From IMG/VR virus record IMGVR_UViG_3300045988_140943: DNA of 47,256 bases; one strand, 5' to 3'. This DNA comes from a virus. The notes under the pieces were generated by a model. It ran no database searches and was not told the origin of the DNA. It saw only the letters and a program-made list of their open reading frames with translations. The position numbers and the translations under genes were made by a program. How positions within the stretch are numbered: the first letter of the stretch is position 1; each line of letters opens with the position of its first letter. Positions 1 through 9,503 of this stretch are shown in pieces.

Positions 1-59
1 AGATGAAGAACTCTGGGAAGAGGAAAACATAAATGAAAAAGAAAAGGTAATATCCCAAA
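1..59. repeat. 59-nt terminal overlap, identical to 47198..47256 (circular or circularly permuted genome; unit length 47197 nt)
   Basis: The string agatgaagaactctgggaagaggaaaacataaatgaaaaagaaaaggtaatatcccaaa was read at both window ends. Confidence 0.95.
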
Positions 60-262
60 TAAATAAAACTCAAACTACTGAAGAAGATATTCCTCAAAGT
101 AAATATGAACAATATGAGGATATTCTCTCAGGTATCAATACTGATGTAGAAGAACAAAATCAAAAGAACAATAAAAGTATAAATAAAAAAGTAACCTCTA
201 AAAAGCCAAGATCTAAAGTACAATATACCCAAGAGGAACTGGAATGGTTAGGTGAAGGATAA
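2..262 (+). CDS. terS: terminase small subunit, C-terminal part (continues from 46686..47197 across the window junction)
   Basis: The frame is open from the window start and continues the frame that runs off the right end. The stop TAA at 260..262 overlaps the terL ATG (TAATG). Total across the junction is 774 nt = 257 codons plus stop. Confidence 0.75.
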   Translation, partial: DEELWEEENINEKEKVISQINKTQTTEEDIPQSKYEQYEDILSGINTDVEEQNQKNNKSINKKVTSKKPRSKVQYTQEELEWLGEG

Positions 263-1617
263 TGGTAATAAATAAACAAATTCCAGATAGGTTCATTGAT
301 TATGTGTTTGATTGGGACTATAGAAGATATTTACTTATTGGAGGATATGGTTCAGGTAAGTCTTATGATACTGCATTTAAAATCATTCTAAAATGTTTAT
401 CTGAAACTTCTAAGGTGTTGGTTATTCGTGAGGTATATGAAACAATAAAAGAATCCTGTTTTGATCTGTTCAATGAAATACTTGAGGATATGGAACTTAT
501 TGCTGATGATGGTAATAGAAGTGAATATAAAATCAAGGTAAGAAAGAAAAACTCACCTATGGAATTTATATTCCCAAATGGATCAAGAATCATATTTAGA
601 GGTATGGATAAACCAGCTAAATTAAAATCCTTAAATGGTGTAAATATAGTATGGATTGAGGAGTGTTCTGAAATCAAATATGAGGGATATAAAGAAATAT
701 CCTTAAGACTTAGAACTCCAAATAGAAAACAACATTTCTTATTAACCTGCAATCCAATCAGTAGAAGCAATTGGGTATATAATCATTTCTTTGTACATAT
801 GGACGATGAAGGCAAGACAAGAACTATATGTGATGAGAACGAGTTCTATGAAAGGAAAACCCTGATTAAAAATGGTACATATTATCATCATAGTACAGCA
901 GATGATAACCCATTCCTTCCTAAAGAATATATCAAAGAAATAGATGATATGCAAAATTACGATCCAACATTATACAGGATAGCAAGATATGGAAGATTTG
1001 GTGCAGTAGGCACAAGAGTTCTTCCCCAGTTCCAAGTTGCAAAAGATCCAAACAAATTCAAATCAGCTATTACCAATATTCCTATGAGGTATCATTTCTT
1101 TGGGTTTGACTTTGGTTTTGAAACTTCTTATAATGCTGTTGTATCAATGGCAGTAGATGATAAGAATAAATATCTTTATATTTATGATGAGATCTATGTA
1201 AATCATATTACCGATGATAAGATGGCCACATTGGATGAAATGCTAAGAATCAAACAAAGACAAGAAGAAGGCATATACATAAATCCAATCATTGGTGATA
1301 ATGAAGATCCAAAGGCAGTGGCATTCTATCGTCAATGTGGTTATAAGATTCGTAGTTGTAAAAATAAATTTGCAGGGTCCAGATTATCCAACACAAGAAA
1401 AATTAAAAGATTTAGGAAAATTATATGTAGTCCTAAATGTAAAAACACAATAAAGGAACTGAAGGAATTAACTTATGCTACTGATTCTAGAGGTAATATT
1501 ATCTTTGATGAATTTAGCATAGACCCACACACTTTTAGTGCTATATGGTATGCCTTAGACACTTATAATGTATCGGATGTTAAAGAACGTAAATACAATT
1601 CTAAAAGAGGTGATTGA
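262..1617 (+). CDS. terL: terminase large subunit
   Basis: Walker A LLIGGYGSGKSY, Walker B-like IVWIEECSE, nuclease-domain DFGFETSYNAVV; sits between terS and portal. Confidence 0.95.
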   Translation: MVINKQIPDRFIDYVFDWDYRRYLLIGGYGSGKSYDTAFKIILKCLSETSKVLVIREVYETIKESCFDLFNEILEDMELIADDGNRSEYKIKVRKKNSPMEFIFPNGSRIIFRGMDKPAKLKSLNGVNIVWIEECSEIKYEGYKEISLRLRTPNRKQHFLLTCNPISRSNWVYNHFFVHMDDEGKTRTICDENEFYERKTLIKNGTYYHHSTADDNPFLPKEYIKEIDDMQNYDPTLYRIARYGRFGAVGTRVLPQFQVAKDPNKFKSAITNIPMRYHFFGFDFGFETSYNAVVSMAVDDKNKYLYIYDEIYVNHITDDKMATLDEMLRIKQRQEEGIYINPIIGDNEDPKAVAFYRQCGYKIRSCKNKFAGSRLSNTRKIKRFRKIICSPKCKNTIKELKELTYATDSRGNIIFDEFSIDPHTFSAIWYALDTYNVSDVKERKYNSKRGD

Positions 1618-1619
1618 TA

Positions 1620-3131
1620 ATGATGAATGATAATACCAAACCAGGATTTATATATTGTGATAGAAGAATACCTTATTCAATAATCAATGAGGAATCTGAA
1701 ACACCTATGTATGTTCAGGAAAAATTTAAAAGGGTGTTTGAATATTATGATATTTATAAAAAGGGTGCAGAATTTACAACCGAAGGAACTAATGCCGATT
1801 ACATTGCTTCTGACCTTAAGCATAAAATGTGTGCAAGGTTAATAAATAAGGAAGCCCGTTTTATGTTTGCAGAAACACCTGATATTAAGGTAGAATCAAG
1901 TAACTCTGTGGATCCAAATGAGGTGATTGCAGAATTCATTGATAATACACAAGCTTATGTTGATAAGGTACTTGAAGTGAATGATTTTGATAAGCAATTA
2001 CTCCAGGCTGCTAAGGATTGTTTCATTGGTGGTAGAATTGCTTGTATGTTAAACTTTAATGTTGAATCAGGTGTGACAATAACCTTCTTAAAATCAACTG
2101 AATTTATTGCTGAGTATAAGGAAGATCAACCAAATATTCTTAAGAAATTTGTATCATTTCAAATTATTAAGGAAAGTGATAATCTTTCTGAGGTACGAAT
2201 ATTCAAAAAGAAATATATCCTTAAACCAAGCAGAAATAACGAAGGTGAAATACAAGATATATGTTATGCTGAAGATTCTATTTATGATGGTACAGGAAAT
2301 CTTCTTGAAGTAACATATCCATTGAAGGCAACTGAATTTGACAAGATACCTGCTGCAGTGTTTGTGAATGATGGTCTTATTGGTGATGAATATGGTGAAT
2401 CTGAAATTGAGAATCTTAAAGGATATGAATCTCAATACAGTAAATTAGCTAATGCTGATGTAGATACTGAAAGGAAGACAATGAACGCTCCAAGGTATAC
2501 CATTGATATGGAACCTAATAGTACAAAGGGTCTCTCAACTAGTCCTGGTGCTTATTGGGATTTAACCTCAGACCAAAATCTGGAATCATCTAGTCCACAG
2601 ATTGGTACGTTGGAAAATACAATGAGTTATAGTACTCCACTTGATACAACGTTAAGAAGGATAAAATCCTCAATGTATGACCAAGTAGATATTCCTGATA
2701 TATCCCTTGAAAATATGTCTGGTATGATTACTTCAGGCAAAGCATTAAAATCTGTTTATTGGCCATTGATTGTAAGATGCAAGGAAAAGATGAAAACTTG
2801 GGGTCCAAAAATAAGATACCTTATTTCCTGTATTATTGATGGGGCTACTTATTATCCTCAAACAATTAAGAGGTATACTAGTCAATCAATTGTTCCATTT
2901 GAATATACAGTAAAAATTGAAATCAACTATCCATTACCTGAAGATGAACAAGATGAAAAGAACATGGACCTCCAAGAGGTAATGCAACAAACAATGTCCA
3001 AGAAATCATATATGAAAAAATGGAGACTTTTATCTGATGATAAAGCAAATGAGGAATTAAAACAAATTGCTTTGGAAAAACAACTCTTTGAAGATTCTGG
3101 TTTTTCGGAAGATGATTTTGCTAATATGTAA
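1620..3131 (+). CDS. portal protein (SPP1 gp6-like size and position)
   Basis: About 503 aa directly after terL. ATG 1620 follows AGAGGTG; the track start at 1614 is a TTG inside the terL stop region. Confidence 0.75.
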   Translation: MMNDNTKPGFIYCDRRIPYSIINEESETPMYVQEKFKRVFEYYDIYKKGAEFTTEGTNADYIASDLKHKMCARLINKEARFMFAETPDIKVESSNSVDPNEVIAEFIDNTQAYVDKVLEVNDFDKQLLQAAKDCFIGGRIACMLNFNVESGVTITFLKSTEFIAEYKEDQPNILKKFVSFQIIKESDNLSEVRIFKKKYILKPSRNNEGEIQDICYAEDSIYDGTGNLLEVTYPLKATEFDKIPAAVFVNDGLIGDEYGESEIENLKGYESQYSKLANADVDTERKTMNAPRYTIDMEPNSTKGLSTSPGAYWDLTSDQNLESSSPQIGTLENTMSYSTPLDTTLRRIKSSMYDQVDIPDISLENMSGMITSGKALKSVYWPLIVRCKEKMKTWGPKIRYLISCIIDGATYYPQTIKRYTSQSIVPFEYTVKIEINYPLPEDEQDEKNMDLQEVMQQTMSKKSYMKKWRLLSDDKANEELKQIALEKQLFEDSGFSEDDFANM

Positions 3132-3153
3132 ATAAAGAAAGTAGGTGAAAGTA

Positions 3154-5058
3154 ATGCCCCTTGAATTTGGTAAAAGTGATTTATACCACAAGAAATTAAC
3201 TGATACTGCAGAAAAGAGAATGAAGAAACTTTATGAAAATGCCTATAATAAAATCTCAAAGGAAATCAAAAAGCTTGATGAGGGTATTAACACAAAGTCT
3301 ACTTCATATCAAAAAGGGTATTTACTTGACCTCCAAAAGAAAATGAAAGCTGCTTATGACGATGTGGCTTTAGATACATTTTCCCAGGTACAGTATAACA
3401 TTAAAGATATTTCTGAGGCTGTGGTAAATGATAACGTAAAAATTCTCAATCAATATGGATTGAATATTAAGGGGGCTTTCTCTTATGTTCCAAAAGATGT
3501 AGTCACCTCTATTACTAATGGAAGTCTTTATAAATCAAAATGGACTTTATCTAGTAGAATTTGGGATATTAATAATGCTACAAACAGAGATATTAGAAAG
3601 ATAATTGCTCAAGGGATTGCAATGCAGACCCCAACTTATGATATAGCAAAAGATCTTGAAAAGTATGTAAATCCTTCTGCCAAAAAGAATTATGATTGGT
3701 CAAGGTTATATCCCGGAAGTAATAAGAAGGTTGATTATAATGCACAACGTTTGGTAAGAACAACAATAACCCATGCTTATCAACAATCAGTAAAAGAAAT
3801 AACTGAACAAAATCCTTTGTCTGATGGGATTCTTTGGTTAGCAACTGGTTCCAAAAGAATGTGTGATATATGTGCTAAAAGAAATGGTAAAGTATATGCT
3901 CCTAATAAGCTTCCTTTAGATCACCCCAATGGCCAATGCACCATGGCTACACATTTTTCAAAAACACCTAAACAAATATCTAAAGAAATGCAAGATGAAT
4001 TATCTCCTAAAAGAGATGAATTAAGAGCTAAGCTTGAGGCACTGAAAAAGAATGCTCAAGAAAAGGATTCCGGTTTTGTTGACAAGGTATTTAATGAGGA
4101 CCAACAAGAATATTTAACCCCATATGGATTTACCCCTGATAATGTTCCAAGCGATTTTAATGATTGGTCACATAAGGTATCTACTTCACAAGCTGGTAAA
4201 ATATTAGAAGATATGGGAACTAGTTGGGGTGATCCACACCCTTATCAGCAATTGGAAAAATTCTATAATAAGAAACTTGCTCCAAACAGAATGATAACAG
4301 GCGAAAAGCTAATCAATCAAGCTGAAAAATCTGCTGCTAAACAATCAATCCAAAATGAGGAAGATCTACATAAATTCATCAAGGAAAAATGGATGGATAA
4401 AATAAAAGAACAAACTGAAAGTCATATGTTAAAACTAGAAGACCAAGTTTTTGATAAACTATCAAAAAAAGAAATTGAAGGACTAAAAACTTATACAGGT
4501 AATGCTTATAGAGAAATCAATTCCTATTTAAGATTAATAGAGGGGGGCAAAACAAAAAGTCAAGCAAAATCAATTTCCCAAATTCCTGATTATTATATCG
4601 AAGCATTAAAAAATGCAAAAGGTGGACTAGATAAGGTTGAACTAGCAGAAGACTTGGTATTAAGAAGAGGAACAGATCTGGGTGATTTAGCAGGATTGCT
4701 TTCTGGGGATTTTGATAGCAATAAAAAAATGCTATATAAATTAAAATACGCATTTAATGATGATGAATTGTTTGTTAAAGAATTAAATGAACGATATGGA
4801 GGATTGCAAGGAAAACTTGCAGGATTCACTTCAACAAGCTCTTTATATGGTAGAGGATTCAATGGTGATGTGGAAGTAATATTGTATGCTCCAAAAGGTA
4901 CAAAAGCTTCCTCTATTATGCGTATATCTAAATTTGGTAAAGGTGAAGGAGAAACGTTATTAAATGCAGGAACTAATGTAGAATTTATTAAAGCTGAAAA
5001 ATCTGATGGTCATAAAGGTTCTGAGGTAAGAATCTTCCTACGAATTTTAAATATTTAA
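3154..5058 (+). CDS. MuF/SPP1 gp7-like minor head protein fused to a C-terminal R-S-E ADP-ribosyltransferase domain
   Basis: MuF part: NAQRLVRTTITHAYQQS and MCDICAKRNGKVY..LPLDHPNGQC. ART part: YTGNAYREINSYLR, LVLRRGTD (Arg), GFTSTS (STS), GKGEGETLL (ExE). ATG 3154 follows AGGTGA. Confidence 0.85.
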   Translation: MPLEFGKSDLYHKKLTDTAEKRMKKLYENAYNKISKEIKKLDEGINTKSTSYQKGYLLDLQKKMKAAYDDVALDTFSQVQYNIKDISEAVVNDNVKILNQYGLNIKGAFSYVPKDVVTSITNGSLYKSKWTLSSRIWDINNATNRDIRKIIAQGIAMQTPTYDIAKDLEKYVNPSAKKNYDWSRLYPGSNKKVDYNAQRLVRTTITHAYQQSVKEITEQNPLSDGILWLATGSKRMCDICAKRNGKVYAPNKLPLDHPNGQCTMATHFSKTPKQISKEMQDELSPKRDELRAKLEALKKNAQEKDSGFVDKVFNEDQQEYLTPYGFTPDNVPSDFNDWSHKVSTSQAGKILEDMGTSWGDPHPYQQLEKFYNKKLAPNRMITGEKLINQAEKSAAKQSIQNEEDLHKFIKEKWMDKIKEQTESHMLKLEDQVFDKLSKKEIEGLKTYTGNAYREINSYLRLIEGGKTKSQAKSISQIPDYYIEALKNAKGGLDKVELAEDLVLRRGTDLGDLAGLLSGDFDSNKKMLYKLKYAFNDDELFVKELNERYGGLQGKLAGFTSTSSLYGRGFNGDVEVILYAPKGTKASSIMRISKFGKGEGETLLNAGTNVEFIKAEKSDGHKGSEVRIFLRILNI

Positions 5059-5070
5059 TTATTAATTTTC

Positions 5071-5121
5071 TGTAAACATTACCCAAAATCTATTTACAAA
5101 ACCAGAAATCTGTGATATAAT
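5071..5121 (+). promoter_or_regulatory. consensus sigma-A-type promoter cassette P1 (upstream TGTAAACA, -35 TTTACA, extended -10 TGaTATAAT)
   Basis: TGTAAACA 5071..5078, TTTACA 5093..5098, 17-nt spacer, TATAAT 5116..5121, then a G-poor A-rich leader and cttacagaggtg SD. Confidence 0.8.
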
Positions 5122-5171
5122 ATAATTATAAAAATAAAATAAACAATTAATCTTACAGAGGTGAATAAGAT

Positions 5172-5384
5172 ATGGGTGAGAATATAAATGAAAGATATGA
5201 AAGTGAACAAAAAGCATTTATGAGAATTACTAATGATAACCTTAAATGTAAAGATTGTTTATATAAGTACGATGATACAACAATCTATGGTAATACTTCT
5301 AGATGTTCAATGTTCAATCATAAACCAGACAAAGTTATTCTTGGAGGAGAGTGTGATAAGTATGTTAAGTTCACTGGAAAATAA
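5172..5384 (+). CDS. small four-Cys (zinc-ribbon-like) protein, function unknown
   Basis: Served by the full promoter/leader/SD cassette. Cys pattern CKDC..RC..EC. Its 3' end overlaps the ARH start. Confidence 0.7.
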   Translation: MGENINERYESEQKAFMRITNDNLKCKDCLYKYDDTTIYGNTSRCSMFNHKPDKVILGGECDKYVKFTGK

Positions 5385-6258
5385 GATCTTAGGTTCTCTC
5401 TATGGTTTTGCCATAGGAGATGCAATGGGAGCTACAATGGAGTTTCAGGAAAAGATAACTGATGAATCCAAAAAGATTAAGGATTTAATTGGAGGAGGTT
5501 GGTTAAATCTTTCCCCTGGTGAAACTACAGATGATACCCAAATGTCAGTATGTGTTTTGAAGGCTTTGATGGAACAAGCTAACAATCCAGAAAAGAAATT
5601 TATGGACTTAGTTGCCAAAAATTTTATTGATTGGTTTGACTCTAATCCAAAAGATATTGGTAATACTTGTGCCAGAGTTTTGAGGGTAGCAAAAACATTA
5701 CTTGATGAGGGTAATGAAATTCATTATGTTGCAGGTAAAATGAAGCTAATTGCCTTTGATGTTAAAGCTCTTGGAAATGGAGCTTTGATGAGGGCTTTAC
5801 CTTGTGCATTGTTTAACAAGATCTGGAAAAACTTAGATCAAGCTTTTATGACCCACAATAATGTTAGTCAAGAAACTTGTATTATAACTTATGACGCTCT
5901 TATAAAGCATTTGCTTGTTCCTGTTAGTCCATTATGTTTTTCTTACGGTTTGCATTCCATATTTAAAATAAAGGAACCAATGGAACCAACTGGTTGTGTA
6001 ATAAATACAATGAATAATGCTTGTTACTATGCTCTTAATTGTAATTCCTTTGAGGAATGTATAATCAATGCAGTAAATGATGGTGGAGATGCTGATACGA
6101 TTGCTGCTATTGCAGGAAGTATTGCTGGTGCAATATTTGGATATGACAGTATTCCGAAACGTTGGAAAGAGGTATTTAAAACAAATCCTCTGAACTATGA
6201 AACAATTGAATTGTTTGAAAAGGTTCCCGAGGTTTTGGATAAGCTTAAAGTTTATTAA
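5362..6258 (+). CDS. ADP-ribosylglycohydrolase (ARH/DraG family)
   Basis: GFAIGDAMGATMEF, PGETTDDTQM, GGDADTIAAIAGSIAGA. The track's N-terminal extension from 5233 is an out-of-frame read through the upstream gene; ATG 5362 (or GTG 5353) starts the conserved domain. Confidence 0.9.
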   Translation: MLSSLENKILGSLYGFAIGDAMGATMEFQEKITDESKKIKDLIGGGWLNLSPGETTDDTQMSVCVLKALMEQANNPEKKFMDLVAKNFIDWFDSNPKDIGNTCARVLRVAKTLLDEGNEIHYVAGKMKLIAFDVKALGNGALMRALPCALFNKIWKNLDQAFMTHNNVSQETCIITYDALIKHLLVPVSPLCFSYGLHSIFKIKEPMEPTGCVINTMNNACYYALNCNSFEECIINAVNDGGDADTIAAIAGSIAGAIFGYDSIPKRWKEVFKTNPLNYETIELFEKVPEVLDKLKVY

Positions 6259-6263
6259 CATTT

Positions 6264-6314
6264 TGTAAACAATTCTTATTATCTATTTACTTTTGCCCAA
6301 TTTTATGTTATAAT
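6264..6314 (+). promoter_or_regulatory. promoter cassette P2
   Basis: TGTAAACA 6264..6271, TTTACT 6286..6291, 17-nt spacer, TGtTATAAT ending at 6314, leader plus cttacggaggtaaat. Confidence 0.8.
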
Positions 6315-6358
6315 AATATCATAAATAAAACAAAACTTAACTTACGGAGGTAAATAAA

Positions 6359-6766
6359 ATGGTTGCAATAAAGGATTGGTATCTCAACAAAATGGGTATG
6401 CTTCATATTAAAGGTTGGAGTCTTGATATTGTAAAGGAAACAGAGAAAGCTTGCTTAATATCCCACAAGTTTGATGAAAATTCTGAAATTACTTGGTGGG
6501 TCCCTAAATCAGTTATTATTGATAAGTGGGAGGTTGAAGAGAAAAATGTTTCAAATTTTGCATATCATAATTATCTAGTTGATATATATTGTAAGGCATA
6601 CGATGAAAATAAAATAGAAAACTATATTTGGAGTAATGGTTATAATAAATATAATGGTAAAAGTTTTATTCACAAGGAAACAACTAAGAAAATAAAAGAA
6701 ATCCTTGATAAAAACAATGTTGATTATATGAATAAAACAGAGTGGGTAAAGGATAGTCTGAGGTAA
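6359..6766 (+). CDS. hypothetical protein (moron between head morphogenesis and scaffold genes)
   Basis: Full cassette upstream; 135-aa ORF; no motif recognised. Confidence 0.75.
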   Translation: MVAIKDWYLNKMGMLHIKGWSLDIVKETEKACLISHKFDENSEITWWVPKSVIIDKWEVEEKNVSNFAYHNYLVDIYCKAYDENKIENYIWSNGYNKYNGKSFIHKETTKKIKEILDKNNVDYMNKTEWVKDSLR

Positions 6767-6785
6767 ATCTTCAGATTTTCTTTGT
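6758..6785 (+). terminator. weak hairpin plus T-rich tract overlapping the stop codon
   Basis: ctgagg/cttcag stem (one G-U), loop taaat, then attttctttg. Confidence 0.35.
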
Positions 6786-6809
6786 TAATAAGAAAGGTGA
6801 AAAGAGAAT

Positions 6810-7412
6810 ATGCCAAAAATGATAAGAATCTCAATGCAATTTTTTGCTGAACCTGACAATAATTCAAGTAATGGATCTGATGATAACAAGAATCAGGACA
6901 ATCCACAAAATCAAGATAATTCTGGTCAGCAACAGAATAATGCAAATGACAATCAAAACCAAGATCAAACTCAACAGAATCCTGAGCCAAAGTTTGACTT
7001 TATGAAGGAATTGGGTATGTCTGAGGATGATATCAAAAAGCTTATTTCTAATAAGCATGAGGAAGATGAAAAGAATAAGACTGCAGAGGTAAAGCTTGCT
7101 GAAGCCACAGCAAAAGCAGCCAAGGCTGAAGCAAAGGTTGCAGCAATGCAGCTTGGTGTAAAACCTACTGCTGTTGATGATGTAATTGCAATTGCCTCGG
7201 CAAGGGACCCTGAAGGGAAGAATTTTAAGACAATTATTGCTGATATTCTTAAACAATATCCAACATTTTCTGTTGCGGATATTGAAGCAAAGAAGGGAAC
7301 TGGATCAAATCTTTCTGGCAAGAAGTCCCTGGGTAATAAGGAAGAATCTCTTGGCAAAAGACTTGCACAAAATGCAACAGTTAAAACCAAGAGTTCATTT
7401 TTCAATAACTAA
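6810..7412 (+). CDS. capsid scaffolding protein
   Basis: N-terminal MQFFAEPD motif typical of phage scaffold proteins, a Q/N/D-rich linker, an Ala/Lys coiled-coil segment; lies upstream of the capsid gene. Confidence 0.8.
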   Translation: MPKMIRISMQFFAEPDNNSSNGSDDNKNQDNPQNQDNSGQQQNNANDNQNQDQTQQNPEPKFDFMKELGMSEDDIKKLISNKHEEDEKNKTAEVKLAEATAKAAKAEAKVAAMQLGVKPTAVDDVIAIASARDPEGKNFKTIIADILKQYPTFSVADIEAKKGTGSNLSGKKSLGNKEESLGKRLAQNATVKTKSSFFNN

Positions 7413-7429
7413 GGAAAGGATGATGTGAA

Positions 7430-7834
7430 ATGTTAAACCAATCTGGAATTATAAAGGTCACTGGTGTAGCTCCAACCCAGATTCTGCTCAATACAGACCT
7501 CCAATATTCTATGGATGTTGTGGTAACAAATACCGGCCTTACTGCTGATTCTGAGGGAAAGAAAATCCTCAAAGCTGGTACTCCAATAACGGGCAACTTG
7601 GATGCAAGGACTACAGCTTTTACGAAAGCTACAACTACAGGTGATTCTACTCCAGCATCAAATGCAGTTGGGGTTCTTCTCCATGATGTTGATGTAACAA
7701 GTGGTCCTGCAAATGGTACAATTCTTATCTTCGGTTTTGTAAATACCAACAGACTGGATTCTACTGTTAAAACACTTATTGACACTGCTGTTAAGACTGC
7801 CCTTAATGGTAAGGTAACATTTATTGCAGGTTAA
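7430..7834 (+). CDS. putative head decoration or capsid accessory protein
   Basis: 134 aa, Thr/Gly/Val-rich beta-type sequence, between scaffold and major capsid genes. Confidence 0.45.
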   Translation: MLNQSGIIKVTGVAPTQILLNTDLQYSMDVVVTNTGLTADSEGKKILKAGTPITGNLDARTTAFTKATTTGDSTPASNAVGVLLHDVDVTSGPANGTILIFGFVNTNRLDSTVKTLIDTAVKTALNGKVTFIAG

Positions 7835-7856
7835 TTTAAAGAAAGGGTGATGTGAA

Positions 7857-8900
7857 ATGCCTAAGAGTATTTTTGATTTAGTAACTTCTACTGAACTGGC
7901 TGCGTATTGGACAACTCTTGCCCCAGGTGAACCACCTTATTTAGGTGAAGAACTTTGGGATACGCAGCAAAAACTTGGCCTTAATATTAGTTGGATTAAG
8001 GGTGCAAGTGGACTTCCTGCAGTTCTTAAGCCTTCTGCTTTTGATGCTGCTGCAATTCCAAGACCAAGAATTGGTTTTGATAAGCTTTCCGCTTCAATGC
8101 CATACTTCAAAGAATCAATGTATATCGATGAGGAGCTGAGACAGGAGCTCAATCTTATTCTCCAGACGGGTAACCAGAATTATATTGATTCTGTTATGAA
8201 CCGTGTATTCAATGATGAGGTAAGACTTATTCGTTCAGCAAGAATCACAAGAGAGAGAATGAGAATGATGGTCCTGACTACAGGTTTTATTTCAATTTCA
8301 GCAAATGGCCAGAATTATGCTTATGATTATGGTGTAACCCACAAGGGAGATGCGGCTACCAAGTGGTCCTCTACTTCAACTGCTGATCCAGTTTCTGATA
8401 TCCGCAAAGCAATTGAAACAGTTTATACAGAAACAGGTATCAAACCTAAGAGAGGTCTGTGTAATGGTGTTACTTGGCAGAGACTCAGAAATAATGAAAA
8501 AATCAAGAAGGCAATCTATGTTCTTACAAATGGTGTCGGCGAGGTTTCTGACGCTAAGCTTCGTTCTTATATTGCCGATGAACTTGATGGTTTCCAGATT
8601 GCTGTTTATGATAACAGATATGCTGATGAGACTGGTACTCCTACAAAGTTTGTTCCTGATGATGTGTTTACAATCTTCCCCGAAGGAAAGCTTGGAACAT
8701 TCTGGTTCGGTACAACTCCTGAACAGTCAGATCTTATGGCAAGTAATGTTGCTAATGTTTCTGTTGTTGATGTTGGCGTGGCTGTTACAACAAGCCAAAA
8801 GGTAGATCCAGTAAATGTAGAGACCAAGGTTTCTATGATTGGTATGCCTGACTTCCCAACAGCTGATAATATTTATATCATGGACACTGAACCATCTTAA
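7857..8900 (+). CDS. major capsid protein (lambda gpE-like class)
   Basis: 347 aa, position after scaffold and decoration genes, overall gpE-like layout (DEELRQEL.., ..AVYDNRYADETG..KFVPDD..). Confidence 0.85.
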   Translation: MPKSIFDLVTSTELAAYWTTLAPGEPPYLGEELWDTQQKLGLNISWIKGASGLPAVLKPSAFDAAAIPRPRIGFDKLSASMPYFKESMYIDEELRQELNLILQTGNQNYIDSVMNRVFNDEVRLIRSARITRERMRMMVLTTGFISISANGQNYAYDYGVTHKGDAATKWSSTSTADPVSDIRKAIETVYTETGIKPKRGLCNGVTWQRLRNNEKIKKAIYVLTNGVGEVSDAKLRSYIADELDGFQIAVYDNRYADETGTPTKFVPDDVFTIFPEGKLGTFWFGTTPEQSDLMASNVANVSVVDVGVAVTTSQKVDPVNVETKVSMIGMPDFPTADNIYIMDTEPS

Positions 8901-8914
8901 GAGGTGATGTTGTA

Positions 8915-9232
8915 ATGGTAACAATTTCTAACGGCAGAATGCAGGCTAAGGTAACAAGATCTGCATATGAAGAGGTATTTAAAAAGCAGGGGTTTAATAT
9001 TATTAATGAGAGTAAGATGGCTGATTTTGAGTCAGCCTCTACTCCAGTCCCTTCTAATAAAGAAAAGAAAAATGAGGATGAAGTTGAACTCGAACAAATT
9101 CTTTCTAAACCGGTTTCTTCTTGGAACAAGAGTGAACTTAAGTTTGTTGCTAGAATAAAGAATATCGATATTTCTGGTGCAAGTACAGTTTCCGAAGTGA
9201 AGGAAATTATTAAGGAAGCTCTTGGTATGTAA
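8915..9232 (+). CDS. hypothetical protein with a C-terminal SAP/Rho_N-like helix-hairpin
   Basis: GAGGTGA SD; C-terminal WNKSELKFVARIKNIDISGASTVSEVKEIIKEAL. Confidence 0.7.
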   Translation: MVTISNGRMQAKVTRSAYEEVFKKQGFNIINESKMADFESASTPVPSNKEKKNEDEVELEQILSKPVSSWNKSELKFVARIKNIDISGASTVSEVKEIIKEALGM

Positions 9233-9247
9233 CAGAGGTGAATAAGG

Positions 9248-9493
9248 TTGGAAAAAATTGACGAGTTGAGGTTACTCATTAGAGAAAAAGACTTGCCCTA
9301 TTTTTCAGATGAAGAATTAAAATTTTGGCTAAGTAAATACCCTGATGTAAATGAGGCAGCATATTACTGCTTGATCTATAAATCAGAAGATACAACTTTA
9401 AGTATATCTGGTTTAAGTGCCAATGATACTTCCCAATATTTCAAACGTTTAGCTTCCAAATACAAACCGAATAATTCTGGTATTTTAAAGTGA
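9248..9493 (+). CDS. head-tail connector (gp6-like/DNA-packaging adaptor) candidate
   Basis: TTG start after GAGGTGA; 81 aa; first gene after the capsid block. Confidence 0.5.
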   Translation: MEKIDELRLLIREKDLPYFSDEELKFWLSKYPDVNEAAYYCLIYKSEDTTLSISGLSANDTSQYFKRLASKYKPNNSGILK

Positions 9494-9503
9494 GGTGCTT
9501 GTC

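Noticed and set aside
5233-5361. N-terminal 43-codon extension of the ARH gene suggested by the track
   Set aside because: It overlaps the cassette-driven 70-aa gene out of frame. The ARH family signature starts right after M at 5362.
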